Virus record (IMG/VR): IMGVR_UViG_3300032288_003949
Span: 16,926-80,925 of that record
DNA from: a virus
Reading direction: 5' to 3' (one strand)
Length of the DNA stretch: 64,000 nt
The position numbers and the translations under genes were made by a program. The notes under the pieces were generated by a model that saw only the letters and a list, made by a program, of their open reading frames with translations, had not been told where the DNA came from and ran no database searches. Positions within the stretch are counted from its first letter, which is position 1, and every line of letters begins with the position of its first letter. Shown one piece after another: positions 35,726-45,369 of the stretch.

Positions 35726-37450
35726 CTAGTAGTCCAGCGGGTCGCGGCTAAAGCCAGGGTCGTAGGTTTCGACGAAGCTCGCGTCTGCGGTCAGGTTCAC
35801 CACATCTAGCTGGCTCGGCTCCCAGTCGTAGCGGTCTTGGAAATCGTATGTCTCGCCTTCCAGCGCGGTGTCGACGCTCTGCTGGAATAGCCAGCACTGC
35901 AGGGCCAGCGTGTCGTAGGCTTCGGCGAAGGCATAGTCGTCTGCCCTGACGCTCTGGTATTCGACGGTATGCCCGAATGCCGTTTCGACGGTCACGCGGC
36001 TCATCGCTTGTAGCTGGTCGGTGTAGCCCTTCGGCTTCTCTGTTGGCAGCAGGTTGCGCTGTTGCCTTATCGCGTCGAATGTGGCATCTAGGATCGCGGT
36101 GCGCTTCACGCCTGCGGTTCTCATGTCTGGCTTCGGGTCGAATACCGTCTGGCTGCGGCTGGTGATGAAGTGGGCGAGGTAGACGCGGCCAGGGAATCGT
36201 TCAGCGAATGCTCGGCTCAGGCGTTCTTCGGGGGCGTGGTCGATGCATGCCATGTTCACGCCATACCGCTGCATTAGCTCTACGAGCATCCCGAAATCGT
36301 CCACTTCGCCGATCCACAGGGCCCGCTTGCGGGGTAGCCCTTCGGTCGGCAGGGTGTAGGCGCTTATGCGGACATTCAGGGCCCTTACGCTTGCGACATC
36401 CACGCCCATCGTCACCAGATCGCACTGCGGCACTTCCATGGCTTCCAGCGGTATGTCGTCGCGGCTGGCTGCGGCGATGGCTTCATCGCTTAGGCGGTTA
36501 TCGTCCGGCGCATAGGCTTCCGCGAGGTCTTTGTTGTAGTGGACGGTGATCTCGTTCGGGTTCGTCTTGTTGTGGGCTTCGATGATCGGTCGCAGGTCTA
36601 GGTTCGGGACCACTAGGCGTGGGATGTGGTAGCCCCGTATGTCTCGGTCGGTGTGTTCGGCTACCCATTCGCCCTTCGCGGGGTTCAGCACCTTGTGGCA
36701 CTTGGCGCAGACCAGCTCGGCGGTGTCGGTGTCGACATTGGCGGTGTAGGACAGCGTCTGGTGGTCGCCGCAGCCTTCGCATTTCACCATCCATTGGCGC
36801 TGGTCGCTTCGCTCATACAGCGCGTCAATACCGAATCCTGGAATGCTGGGGACGCCTACCCGTCGGATGAGCCCGTTCTGCGAGCCCGATATTCGGCGTT
36901 CAGCGTCGGGGATATTCTCCTGCCGCAGCGTGTCATATTCGTCGAGGCATAGGACATCCGCGTCGACCGCGTCCAGATCGTCTTTCGATTCGCTTCCACG
37001 GGCGTAAAGCCAGCCGAGCCCGATCTGTTTCAGGCCTTTGTTGTTCACATAGCCCTGCGGGATCCGCTCACGGAGGTAGGGCGAGCCCATGATGGCGGCC
37101 TTTATCCGTGCGTCGGCGAAGTCATACATCTGCTGGCGCTTCGGGAAGATATACAAGGCGTTCTTCCTGCCCGTGTCAGCGTGGTAGAGGGCCCATCTCA
37201 GGAGGTAGGTGCTCACGCCTACCTGCGTCGCCTTCTTTATCACGATCTCGCGGTCATCGGCCCCTGATTGGTCGTATAGCTCGCGCTGGAAAGGGAATCG
37301 GTCGAAGTCCAGGGTTCCGGCCTTCGGCTCCGGCACCTGTAGGGCCCAATCGTGGAAGCTCTGCTTCTGGCCGGTCAGCTCCGCATATTTCTGCCGTAGC
37401 AGCTCGCCAAATGCGTCTGCCGGTGCCATGTTCGCTGTCGGGTCTTCCAT
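35726..37450 (-). CDS. terL: Terminase large subunit (lambda gpA-like)
   Basis: PFQRE; KKATQVGVST (Walker A); LCLDEYD (Walker B); CEGC..CAKC; MGVDV nuclease domain; DDYAFA. Confidence 0.92.
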   Translation of the reverse strand: MEDPTANMAPADAFGELLRQKYAELTGQKQSFHDWALQVPEPKAGTLDFDRFPFQRELYDQSGADDREIVIKKATQVGVSTYLLRWALYHADTGRKNALYIFPKRQQMYDFADARIKAAIMGSPYLRERIPQGYVNNKGLKQIGLGWLYARGSESKDDLDAVDADVLCLDEYDTLRQENIPDAERRISGSQNGLIRRVGVPSIPGFGIDALYERSDQRQWMVKCEGCGDHQTLSYTANVDTDTAELVCAKCHKVLNPAKGEWVAEHTDRDIRGYHIPRLVVPNLDLRPIIEAHNKTNPNEITVHYNKDLAEAYAPDDNRLSDEAIAAASRDDIPLEAMEVPQCDLVTMGVDVASVRALNVRISAYTLPTEGLPRKRALWIGEVDDFGMLVELMQRYGVNMACIDHAPEERLSRAFAERFPGRVYLAHFITSRSQTVFDPKPDMRTAGVKRTAILDATFDAIRQQRNLLPTEKPKGYTDQLQAMSRVTVETAFGHTVEYQSVRADDYAFAEAYDTLALQCWLFQQSVDTALEGETYDFQDRYDWEPSQLDVVNLTADASFVETYDPGFSRDPLDY

Positions 37451-37685
37451 CTCTACCTACCGTATCGGTCAAGCGCTCGGCGAAGGGCGTTAACAGGTGC
37501 CACTACGGGGCTCTCAGCGGCGTTCTGGCGGCCTTCGGTGGCCGTTCTGCTATGGACACGCCTAGCGTTCCTGACGGGCGCGGTTTCGCGGTATGTGGCG
37601 ACGCGCTTCTGGCGCTGTCGGCGGGCTCTGATCCGGCGCAACATGTCGTCATCGTAGCGGCGGTTCCCAGGATATCGGGAGGATA

Positions 37686-38273
37686 TCAGCGAGGATATCC
37701 ACGCCTACGGGCCGACATAGCTGCGATAAGACCACGACATAGTCGGCGAAGGGCCCGCATGAGTCTTCTCCCAGGGCTCGGTTCAGCGGGCTCATAGCCG
37801 ATAGCCGCAGCGGTCACGCCTGTGTTCCATGATTGCACCTTCGGCATATCGGGCAAGAGTCGGCGGTAGAGCGCGTCATAGTCTTTATTGGGCTCGGCCA
37901 AGCGCTCGTCATTCTCCTGCCAGAGCCGGTCAAGAGTCTCACGATCTTCCCGTTCTTCACGCCTGTCGGGGTCATTTGCCTTGTGCCAGCTGTCAAACAG
38001 GTCGCCAAGAGCTTCCAGCTTCCGTTCAAGGCGGTGCCAAGAGTCGTCATAGTCGGCTGTTAGGGCGGTGATAGAGCTGGCGCAAGCGATACGGATCCGC
38101 CCTTTCAGCACATCTTCGTCGGGCTCTACGACAATCCCACGATAGTCGGGCCAGTCTAGGCGTGAATGGTCGGCAGGGTTCAGCAGGATAGCGGTGGGCT
38201 CGTCACCACAGAGCTGTTCGTGCCGGTCAAGAGCTCGCTGGATAGCTTCAAGATAGGACGCTTCTGTGCTCAT
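37686..38273 (-). CDS. Hypothetical protein
   Basis: ATGA coupling. Confidence 0.6.
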   Translation of the reverse strand: MSTEASYLEAIQRALDRHEQLCGDEPTAILLNPADHSRLDWPDYRGIVVEPDEDVLKGRIRIACASSITALTADYDDSWHRLERKLEALGDLFDSWHKANDPDRREEREDRETLDRLWQENDERLAEPNKDYDALYRRLLPDMPKVQSWNTGVTAAAIGYEPAEPSPGRRLMRALRRLCRGLIAAMSARRRGYPR

Positions 38274-38458
38274 ATCTTTTCTAGTTTCACGCCTAGACCG
38301 GCGGCATTGGGCTGATCAAGGGGCCCAGATAGCCGGTAGCTGCCGTTCTCAGTGCTCACGATGAGCTCCCAGGAGTCTTCGGTGAGTGCAGCGCGGGTGA
38401 TCACGCCCGAGCTCAGCTCTTTCCAGTGCTGCAGCAGCGCCTTTCCCTGGGACTTCAT
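38270..38458 (-). CDS. Hypothetical protein
   Basis: ORF track. Confidence 0.5.
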   Translation of the reverse strand: MKSQGKALLQHWKELSSGVITRAALTEDSWELIVSTENGSYRLSGPLDQPNAAGLGVKLEKI

Positions 38459-38460
38459 CG

Positions 38461-38575
38461 CAACACCTGGCGCAAACCTGGGACAACCTGGCTCAACCGG
38501 CTCAAACTCTTCATACCGGCGTGATAAACGGCGATACCCTGTCGATACCAGCTCTTACCCTGTCGATAACTGTCG
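38461..38575. repeat. Degenerate 9-11-bp tandem repeats
   Basis: caacacctgg/cgcaaacctgg/gacaacctgg/ctcaaccgg/ctcaaactct, then gcgataccct/gtcgatacca/gctcttaccct/gtcgataact. Confidence 0.55.
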
Positions 38576-38589
38576 TCCGGCACGACCAT

Positions 38590-39036
38590 TTAGGGCTTAC
38601 GGGCCTGACATAGCGGGTTATTCTTGTTCCGGATCTCAGCTGCCGCAGCTTCTTGCTCAAAGGGGCTCTCGTCGTAGCCGTCAGGCTTGCGGGTTTCACG
38701 CCTAGAGGTGCTCAGGCTTTCGCTCAGCGACGCTTCATAGGCATCGCAGAACAGGGCCCCAGACCTGTAGCGTTCCCGCTGGAGAGCGTGGGTCAGCTCA
38801 TGCCACAGCGTCTTACCCGCGTCTTCCGTGCTCAGGTAGGTGCTCATGGATATCTGATGGGCGCGAGTTGGGCTGCGGCGCTGGAAGCACAGGCCCAGAT
38901 ACTGGCCACTGGTGCGCTTCTGTGCGGTGATGCGGATCTTCACGGGGTGTTTTAGCCCCATGGCCTTACATGCGCGTGACAGGGCTTCACGGTCGATGTC
39001 CCATGCCCGCTTGTGTTTCTTCTTAGGCCCCGTCAT
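38590..39036 (-). CDS. Zincin-like metallopeptidase
   Basis: TLWHELTHALQ..YDESPFEQEA. Confidence 0.75.
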   Translation of the reverse strand: MTGPKKKHKRAWDIDREALSRACKAMGLKHPVKIRITAQKRTSGQYLGLCFQRRSPTRAHQISMSTYLSTEDAGKTLWHELTHALQRERYRSGALFCDAYEASLSESLSTSRRETRKPDGYDESPFEQEAAAAEIRNKNNPLCQARKP

Positions 39037-39310
39037 GGTCGTGACCACGCGAGCGGTAGTAGTTTTTGTTCCAGAGATACGGGGTTTCCCACGGCGACCG
39101 GCTGTCACGCCGGTAGCGCACGACCGTGCCGGTCAGCAGGCGCTCATGGCCGCAGCGACAGATCGCATGAGCGTCGCCCAGCTCCGTGATGGACAGCTTC
39201 CATTCGTGCCGGTGCGCGTCAGTGGTCAAACCGCTTCCCCCCCAAAAAGGGACGGGACACAAGCATACCACATTGAGCGACAGAATGTAGCGCGGCCTGC
39301 ATGTTCCCGT

Positions 39311-39988
39311 TCACTCCCCTTCCCGACCGAGATCGACCGCGTCGCGGTCTTCCACGACTTCGGCTTCCACCACTTCTCCGGCGGGGAGTTCTTCGGCGGT
39401 GCCTGCCAGCACCTTGTCGGCCTGCCCTGCCGCCGCTGCCAGCACTCTGATGAGTTCGGGGGTCAGCATGTTCTCCCGCTCTAGGGCTTCGTAGATCTGG
39501 CGGCTCAGGTTCTGTTGGCTCACATGGACATTGAGCTCTTGCGCTTCTTGGGGCAGCACTCCTGCCTGCTGTAGCCACTTGCCCTTCTGTATCAGCGCGT
39601 TTATGCGACCGAGCACTGCCGAGACTCGGACGCTTCCCTTCTCCCTTGCGGCGACGGCTGCGATCTCGGAGATGCCAGCGTCGATCTGGGCAGCGATGTC
39701 TTCGATGACTTCGACGGGATCCAGCTCGCTGATGCGGGTGCCTTGGTCACGCATGCCCTTGACGATGCGGGTGACGGTGTCGGGGGTCAGGCCGTAGGTC
39801 TGGGCTAGGTCGTAGCGGTCGATGCCCCGCAGGTGCGCTCGGTAGATTTCGATGTCCCGCTGGACATGCTCGTATCTGTCTCCGCCCTTCGCGCCCTTGT
39901 CGCTCGGCCCCAGGTCTGCGATTACATCGGCGGTGTCCTTCTCCCGCTGTGCCTTCGTTCTCGGCTTCCCTGTCGGCGGCTTTTCCAT
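39311..39988 (-). CDS. terS: Probable terminase small subunit
   Basis: HTH (DLAQTYGLTPDTVTRIV) plus helical oligomerisation region; upstream of TerL. Confidence 0.6.
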   Translation of the reverse strand: MEKPPTGKPRTKAQREKDTADVIADLGPSDKGAKGGDRYEHVQRDIEIYRAHLRGIDRYDLAQTYGLTPDTVTRIVKGMRDQGTRISELDPVEVIEDIAAQIDAGISEIAAVAAREKGSVRVSAVLGRINALIQKGKWLQQAGVLPQEAQELNVHVSQQNLSRQIYEALERENMLTPELIRVLAAAAGQADKVLAGTAEELPAGEVVEAEVVEDRDAVDLGREGE

Positions 39989-40025
39989 GCCATCAGTCTG
40001 ACATCGGTTCCGGCGTTTCGGCGTT

Positions 40026-40451
40026 CTAGTTTTTCTCCCTGACCGTCCAGTGGCTCCCGTCGGCTATCCGCCCGATGGTGCGCGGTGAGACATTGAACAC
40101 TTCCGCCACCTTTCGCTTGCTCATTCCCTTTGCGATGGCTCTCTGAGCGCGTTTGCCCATCATCGGTGTCAGTCGGCTGTGGCCGTTCAGGTAGCTCTGC
40201 TCGGCTCGGTCGACTGGTCGGTGGTGTCTCGGTCGGACGCACAGTTGGGTGCCGCAGTCCTTGTGGAGTATCTGCCCTTCTGGGACCTTGCCGTTCTCCT
40301 GCTCCCACGCATACCGTGCGGCGGTGGTGTTGCTCGTAGCGGTTCGTCGAATGGGGACTCCGTTTCCATCAGTGTGGCCTGTCCAGATCCAGCAGCCGCA
40401 GGCTTCGGCGTTGTAGCCGTCCTGCTCGGTTGTGGCTGGTCGGTGTGGCAT
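40026..40451 (-). CDS. Degenerate HNH_3-type endonuclease with C-terminal HTH
   Basis: CWIWTG..NG..AARYAWEQENG.VP.G..LHKDCG..LCVRP.H; SKRKVAEVFNVSPRTI. Confidence 0.7.
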   Translation of the reverse strand: MPHRPATTEQDGYNAEACGCWIWTGHTDGNGVPIRRTATSNTTAARYAWEQENGKVPEGQILHKDCGTQLCVRPRHHRPVDRAEQSYLNGHSRLTPMMGKRAQRAIAKGMSKRKVAEVFNVSPRTIGRIADGSHWTVREKN

Positions 40452-40783
40452 GTGGGGCGTATGGTAGCCTGCGTGTCGCCTTCCCTGTTGTTTCTCCTTG
40501 GAGTGGGAAGGTGGATTGCCGACTTATGGCTCCGTTCCCCTTTTCTTTCGGCTTGGGGTTCGGGGCCATTTGTCGTCCATGAGGTTGCTCGGCGGTTTTG
40601 GTCGACAGTTTCCATGCGGTTCTGTCCCTTGTTCGGGGTAGCGTTCATGGTCGATGGACGCTGTTCGATCTCATGTCTTCATGTCGGCTTCGGCGGCGCT
40701 CGGTGTGCTGGAGCGGGTGCTGCGCTCGGCGAGCGCTCCCGATCTGGCTATGCGGGTTGCGTGGATGCAGCAGGAGCTTCGGG

Positions 40784-41071
40784 CTATTCAGGCCGAGCTC
40801 GGTTCCCCTTCGCGTAATCTTTCCAGCGACCAGCAGTAGCGGCGTTCTTTCGGGCGGTGCTGGTGTCCACGCCTAGCTGATCTCCCCACTTGGCAGCGAG
40901 GCTGAACACGGCTTCGATGGCTTCCATCTCGGCAGCGAGCCGTGCCATGTGCCTGCGGCGGCGGTAGCCGAGCCGTGCGCGGTCGGCCTTCCACAGTGTC
41001 TTCGTGACTCGGAGGCTGAGGCGCGTGGCGCATCCGGTCAGTCGGGCGTAGTGGGCGTATGTGATTTCCAT
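40784..41071 (-). CDS. Hypothetical protein
   Basis: AAGGAG RBS. Confidence 0.6.
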   Translation of the reverse strand: MEITYAHYARLTGCATRLSLRVTKTLWKADRARLGYRRRRHMARLAAEMEAIEAVFSLAAKWGDQLGVDTSTARKNAATAGRWKDYAKGNRARPE

Positions 41072-41216
41072 GTGATTGCTCCTTCTCGGTCGGGTTTCTG
41101 TCGCTCTGTCCTATTAAGAAGGTCGCTTGTGGTCGACTTTGTCACCTTCGATTTCGGTGGCTTTTGTCGGCTGGATCTGCTACGCTTGTTAGCGCAATCC
41201 GACGAGGAGGTATCTG

Positions 41217-41588
41217 ATGGCTACTGTTCAGGAGAGGCACAACCGCGAGACTGGCTCGCTGGTCACGGTGGAGCGGGTATCGGCTGGCTCGGACCAGCGT
41301 CCCTTCTACACCTGCACCTGCGAGCACGACCACGGCGCTCGCCACTGCGACACGCTGGCCGAGGCTCGGTTCATGGCGGCTCGCCCGTCCCAGTGGTGTG
41401 CCGACTGCGAGGCCGAGGTTCGCCACGCGGTTGAGATGGCGCTGTGGAACGAGTTCGATCTCACGCCCGACGACCCGTCTGGCCGGATGTTCGGCGGCAG
41501 GCCGCTCGGCGATCTCAATCTCTGGGATCTGGAGCGGTCGCTCCGTGCGGCTCGCGCTCGGCGTGAGCGTGACCGCGTGGCTGCCTGA
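41217..41588 (+). CDS. Cys/His metal-binding hypothetical protein
   Basis: TGcTACGCT promoter, AGGAGG; CTCEHDH..WCADC. Confidence 0.75.
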   Translation: MATVQERHNRETGSLVTVERVSAGSDQRPFYTCTCEHDHGARHCDTLAEARFMAARPSQWCADCEAEVRHAVEMALWNEFDLTPDDPSGRMFGGRPLGDLNLWDLERSLRAARARRERDRVAA

Positions 41589-41684
41589 GCTTCGCTTGCA
41601 TCTCTGTTTCGGCGGCGCGTCCTTCGGGGCGCGTTTGTCGTTTGCAGGGTTTTTCCGTCCGGCGGGCGGTTCAGGCTTCCATCT

Positions 41685-42932
41685 GTGGCTGGCAAACCGA
41701 AGTACGACTATCCAGACCGTGACGAGCTTGTGCGCCTTCTGCGCGAGCTTGGCGGTCAGTATCAGGTCGCTCAGGCTCTTGGGATCCCGCGTCCCACGCT
41801 GCAGCACCACCTGACGAAGCTCGGCATCCAGCGCGACGAGTATCTGCCTGCCAAGACTCTGGTCGCCAAGGTGCCTGATGGTGCCAGCGGCGATGCCGAG
41901 GTTTCGCGTGAGGAGATCCTGGAGCAGCGCGTCAAGGAGCTGGAGTCGCAGGTTCGGCGCGACCGCAAGGTCGAGGTCATGGACGAGCGTATTGCTCAGG
42001 CGATTGAGGCTTCGGCGGCTGTTTCCCTGCCGGTCTACAATGCAGCGCGGCCTACTCGTCGGGCGGCGACCAAGCGGTCGAAGGCTGCCGAGCATGAGTT
42101 TGTCTTGCTCTGGTCGGACACGCATGCTGGCGAGGTCGTCAGCGCGGAGGAGACCAATGGCCTGAACCGCTACAACTGGGACATCATGTGGAAGCGGCAG
42201 GAGCGGATGCGCGAGGCGGTGCTGTCTTACCGCGAGAACCGTCCGTATCAGGTCGACCGTCTTCATGTTCTCGCGCTCGGTGACATGCTGTCTGGCAACA
42301 TCCACGACGAGCTTGAGGCGACCAACGAGATGCCGTTCGCTCAGGCGACCATCGACTTCGCTGTGGAGGGCGCGTCTTGGCTGGCCAGCTTCGGCGAGTC
42401 TTTCGACTCCATCCGCTTCTCCGGCGTTGTCGGCAACCATCCACGCGCCCATCGTAAGCCACGCGCCAAGCACTCGTTCGACAACGGCGACTGGCTGGTC
42501 TACTCGGCGATGAAGCAGCTTCTCGCGGGCAACGATCAGGTGGTGTTCGATGTGCCTAAGTCTTCGCAGCACCTTGTGGAGGTCTGCGGTCGGCAGATTC
42601 TCCTGTTCCACGGCGACTCGGTGCGTTCCAGCATGCCAGGAGTCCCTTGGGGCGGCGTGATGCGGCGGGTGAACTCGCTGAATGCGACCTATGGTGCCGA
42701 TGGCCGTCCTATCGACATGTTCACTTGTGGCCACTTCCATTCGGCTGCGTTCGTGCAGTCCGATGCGGGCCAGATCGTGATGAATGGCTCGGTGAAGGGC
42801 GTTGACGAGTATTCGCTGAAGGCGTTCGGCGGCGGGCGACCGCCCCAGCAGCTTCTTCTCACCTTCCATCCACGCTATGGTCTGACCGATATGTCGCTCC
42901 TTGACCTTGACGACCCTGCCGACTCCGCATGA
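41685..42932 (+). CDS. Calcineurin-like metallophosphoesterase with N-terminal HTH and coiled coil
   Basis: SDTH, LGDML, GNH, FHGD, GHFH; VAQALGIPRPTLQHHLTKLG. Confidence 0.9.
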   Translation: MAGKPKYDYPDRDELVRLLRELGGQYQVAQALGIPRPTLQHHLTKLGIQRDEYLPAKTLVAKVPDGASGDAEVSREEILEQRVKELESQVRRDRKVEVMDERIAQAIEASAAVSLPVYNAARPTRRAATKRSKAAEHEFVLLWSDTHAGEVVSAEETNGLNRYNWDIMWKRQERMREAVLSYRENRPYQVDRLHVLALGDMLSGNIHDELEATNEMPFAQATIDFAVEGASWLASFGESFDSIRFSGVVGNHPRAHRKPRAKHSFDNGDWLVYSAMKQLLAGNDQVVFDVPKSSQHLVEVCGRQILLFHGDSVRSSMPGVPWGGVMRRVNSLNATYGADGRPIDMFTCGHFHSAAFVQSDAGQIVMNGSVKGVDEYSLKAFGGGRPPQQLLLTFHPRYGLTDMSLLDLDDPADSA

Positions 42933-43351
42933 CTCAGCGCAACCGCGACTGGGAGGGCCAGTTTCTCGATCACGCTGCGCGAGCTGCGGGGCTGTCCGGC
43001 GCTCCAGCGGAGCAGTTTCGCGAGCGCGTCTGGGCTCGGATGGACAAGGGGGCGGCTGATGACGGCTCCGACGACGGTTTCTGGCGGCGCGGCTTTGAGC
43101 GCGTGGTCGATGAGGGTCGGGTTGAGGCTGAGGACATCGCTGCCTACTGTCTCGGTGCGGCTCAGGTCATCGCTGCTGCCGATGTGGACGACGAGGTGAT
43201 TCACACGATTCGGCTCCACTTGCAGGAGGCTGTCTCCGCTTCGCTTCGCGCATGGTCGCATCTGGATGTGGCAGTGGGGCTGTTCGAAGACTCCCGCGCT
43301 GGTCGGCGTGTGGCTATCCCGCGACCGAGGGCGATCTCCGATGGTGCCTAA
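42929..43351 (+). CDS. All-alpha hypothetical protein (possibly MazG/dUTPase-like)
   Basis: RMDKGA..EGRVEAEDIAAY; ATGA coupling. Confidence 0.5.
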   Translation: MTQRNRDWEGQFLDHAARAAGLSGAPAEQFRERVWARMDKGAADDGSDDGFWRRGFERVVDEGRVEAEDIAAYCLGAAQVIAAADVDDEVIHTIRLHLQEAVSASLRAWSHLDVAVGLFEDSRAGRRVAIPRPRAISDGA

Positions 43352-43562
43352 GCCAGCGTCGGCTGTCGATCAGGGCATGCGCGATGTGGCTATCTCGGCT
43401 GGTATCGCCATCGACCACGCGGCTGTGGCGCTTCAGTATGCGGAGGAAACTTGGCGTGACAACCAGCGCGAGGCCGCGTTGGAGAAGGCCATGGCGCTCC
43501 TTGAGCAGGCGTTGGCCGATCTGCGTGAAGCCCGCGACGCGCTAGACGCGGCGCTCAGGTAG
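43341..43562 (+). CDS. Small helical protein
   Basis: Start MVPKP overlapping upstream stop. Confidence 0.55.
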   Translation: MVPKPASAVDQGMRDVAISAGIAIDHAAVALQYAEETWRDNQREAALEKAMALLEQALADLREARDALDAALR

Positions 43563-43769
43563 CTTCATCCATCCGCGTTCCACGGCGGCAGCGATGGCTG
43601 TCTCCAGCCGTGACATCGGCCATCCGAGGTCGGCTGCGACGGCGGCTCGGTTGGATGGGCGGTTGCGGTGCTGTGCTACCAGCGTGGCAGCGAGCAAGCG
43701 GCGGATGTCCGGCTCGCTTTCGTCGTGCCTGAGTTCTTCCAGCTTGGCGAGCTTCTCGTCGTCGGTCAT
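43542..43769 (-). CDS. Small winged-HTH protein
   Basis: RAAVAADLGWPMSRLETAI..VERGW; ATGA coupling. Confidence 0.65.
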   Translation of the reverse strand: MTDDEKLAKLEELRHDESEPDIRRLLAATLVAQHRNRPSNRAAVAADLGWPMSRLETAIAAAVERGWMKLPERRV

Positions 43770-44386
43770 GCGTCGTGGACCGCTTCGAATATCCGTTGCG
43801 CTTGGTCTTCTTCGTCTTCGCTCTTTAGTAGCTCACGGATCCGCAGCGCCTGTTGCGGGGTAGCGACCACGGTGATCGGGACACCTTGCTCTTTGGGCTC
43901 TGGCGGTGTGGTATCGACCTTCGGCGCTGGTGGCTCTAGGAAGTCTCCGAGGTCTAGGTAGTCGCGTAGCTCGCTGGCATCCATGCTCAGGCGCTTGCTC
44001 ATCTCTTTGCGGTCGACGCGCTGCGCGAGGTCGGCAAGCAGGTGCGCGAGCTTTATCGGGACGAATTGCCCACGGAGCCGGTTCATCGTAATCATGCGAA
44101 TCTGCGCGTCGGTTTCGCCCGAGTCGTCGATCACGCATGGCACGGTTTCGGCTCCGAGTTCGCCGAGCGTGAGCCAGCGGTGTTCTCCGTCGATGATCCT
44201 GTAGCGGATGGCGGGCCGGTCTTCTGTCTCGGCGACTGGCCGGACGAGTATCGGCTGGACGAAGCCCCGTTTCGTGATGTCTTCGCGCAGCGCTCCGAGG
44301 GTGCGGTCGTCCATTTCGTTCGGGTTCTCTGGATCCGGCTCTATGTGGTGAATCGGTATGTCGGTGACTTGTATCTTGGCTTTCAC
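43766..44386 (-). CDS. ParB/Srx N-terminal domain protein
   Basis: PDPENPNEM..GFVQPILVR..YRIIDGEHRW; GTGA-coupled start. Confidence 0.9.
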   Translation of the reverse strand: MKAKIQVTDIPIHHIEPDPENPNEMDDRTLGALREDITKRGFVQPILVRPVAETEDRPAIRYRIIDGEHRWLTLGELGAETVPCVIDDSGETDAQIRMITMNRLRGQFVPIKLAHLLADLAQRVDRKEMSKRLSMDASELRDYLDLGDFLEPPAPKVDTTPPEPKEQGVPITVVATPQQALRIRELLKSEDEEDQAQRIFEAVHDA

Positions 44387-45369
44387 TTCGCTCCCATTAG
44401 CAGCAGTTCGTCGCCATCGGGGTCGTGTTCGGTCTTCAGGGCGCTCAGGTGTTTGTGGTCTAGCGACTTCCAAGCGGGTTCGCGTCCTGCGTCGCGCATC
44501 ATATCGCTGATCGCTTCGGGGTCGGCTCCGCGTCCCATGCTGATGACCACCAGCGGTATGTTGTCGGCGGCGGTGAAGGCATCCTGCAGCAGCTTCCATC
44601 CATCTTCGGCTGACCAGTCGCTGGGCTCGGCGGGGTATTCGGGGTCTAGCAGGTGATTCACGCCCGCGTAGACCTGCTCGTAGGCCAAGGTGCCAGGGTA
44701 TGGCGGGTCTAGGTAGGCGATGTCAGCGTCGACATTGGCGAGAAATTCGACCGCGTCGCCCTGATACATGCGGTTGTCGAGTCCGTTGTCGAATACTCCG
44801 GCGTTCAGCGTGTCGGCTGCCTTGACTGCCATCGCCAGCGGCTTGCCTGTTCGCAGCAGTTGCGTTGCCTGCCCAGGAGTTAGCTCGTCCCACTCCCGTC
44901 GTCCGGCTGCCATCGTCGGTATTCCCCAAGAGGACATGCTCAGCGCGAGCCGTGCGATCCACGCTCGGAGGAGCCAGCGAGTCATTTCCTGCGCTTCCCT
45001 TTCGGCGGCGACTATGGTGGCCAGCACCTGTCGGCATTCGGTCGGGATGCTCAGTTCTTTTTCGTCGGGCATGTCTTCGATGGGTTCATGCTCCAGCGCG
45101 GTGGTGATCTGTGCGGCACTCAGCGTGATTCGCTTGTTTTCGATCAGCGCCTTGCCTGTGGCGACCGAGATCGGCCCCATGTCGTTGCCTATCACTCGGT
45201 ATCCCAGCGCCTTGCCTGCCATGCTTACGGCTGCTCCGCCCATGAAGGCATCGGCGAGCGTGGCTCCTGGAGCTACTCCGTAGTCGTCGGCTATCACGCG
45301 CATTATCTGGCGGGCGATCTGCCGCTTGCCGCCGAGGTATGGCGGGACTGCTCCGAGGTATCGCTTCAC
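44383..45369 (-). CDS. DNA adenine methyltransferase (Dam/D12-like)
   Basis: PYLGGK, DAFMGGAAV, YLDPPY. Confidence 0.9.
   Translation of the reverse strand: MKRYLGAVPPYLGGKRQIARQIMRVIADDYGVAPGATLADAFMGGAAVSMAGKALGYRVIGNDMGPISVATGKALIENKRITLSAAQITTALEHEPIEDMPDEKELSIPTECRQVLATIVAAEREAQEMTRWLLRAWIARLALSMSSWGIPTMAAGRREWDELTPGQATQLLRTGKPLAMAVKAADTLNAGVFDNGLDNRMYQGDAVEFLANVDADIAYLDPPYPGTLAYEQVYAGVNHLLDPEYPAEPSDWSAEDGWKLLQDAFTAADNIPLVVISMGRGADPEAISDMMRDAGREPAWKSLDHKHLSALKTEHDPDGDELLLMGAK

Noticed and set aside
6553-41200. Recurrent GCTACA..TGTAGCGCAATC sequence as CRISPR repeats or att sites
   Set aside because: Copies are kilobases apart, degenerate and tied to promoter/RBS positions; no array or cas operon.
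41142-42869. 575-aa minus-strand ORF
   Set aside because: Antisense shadow of the motif-bearing phosphoesterase and its upstream gene; typical of high-GC DNA.
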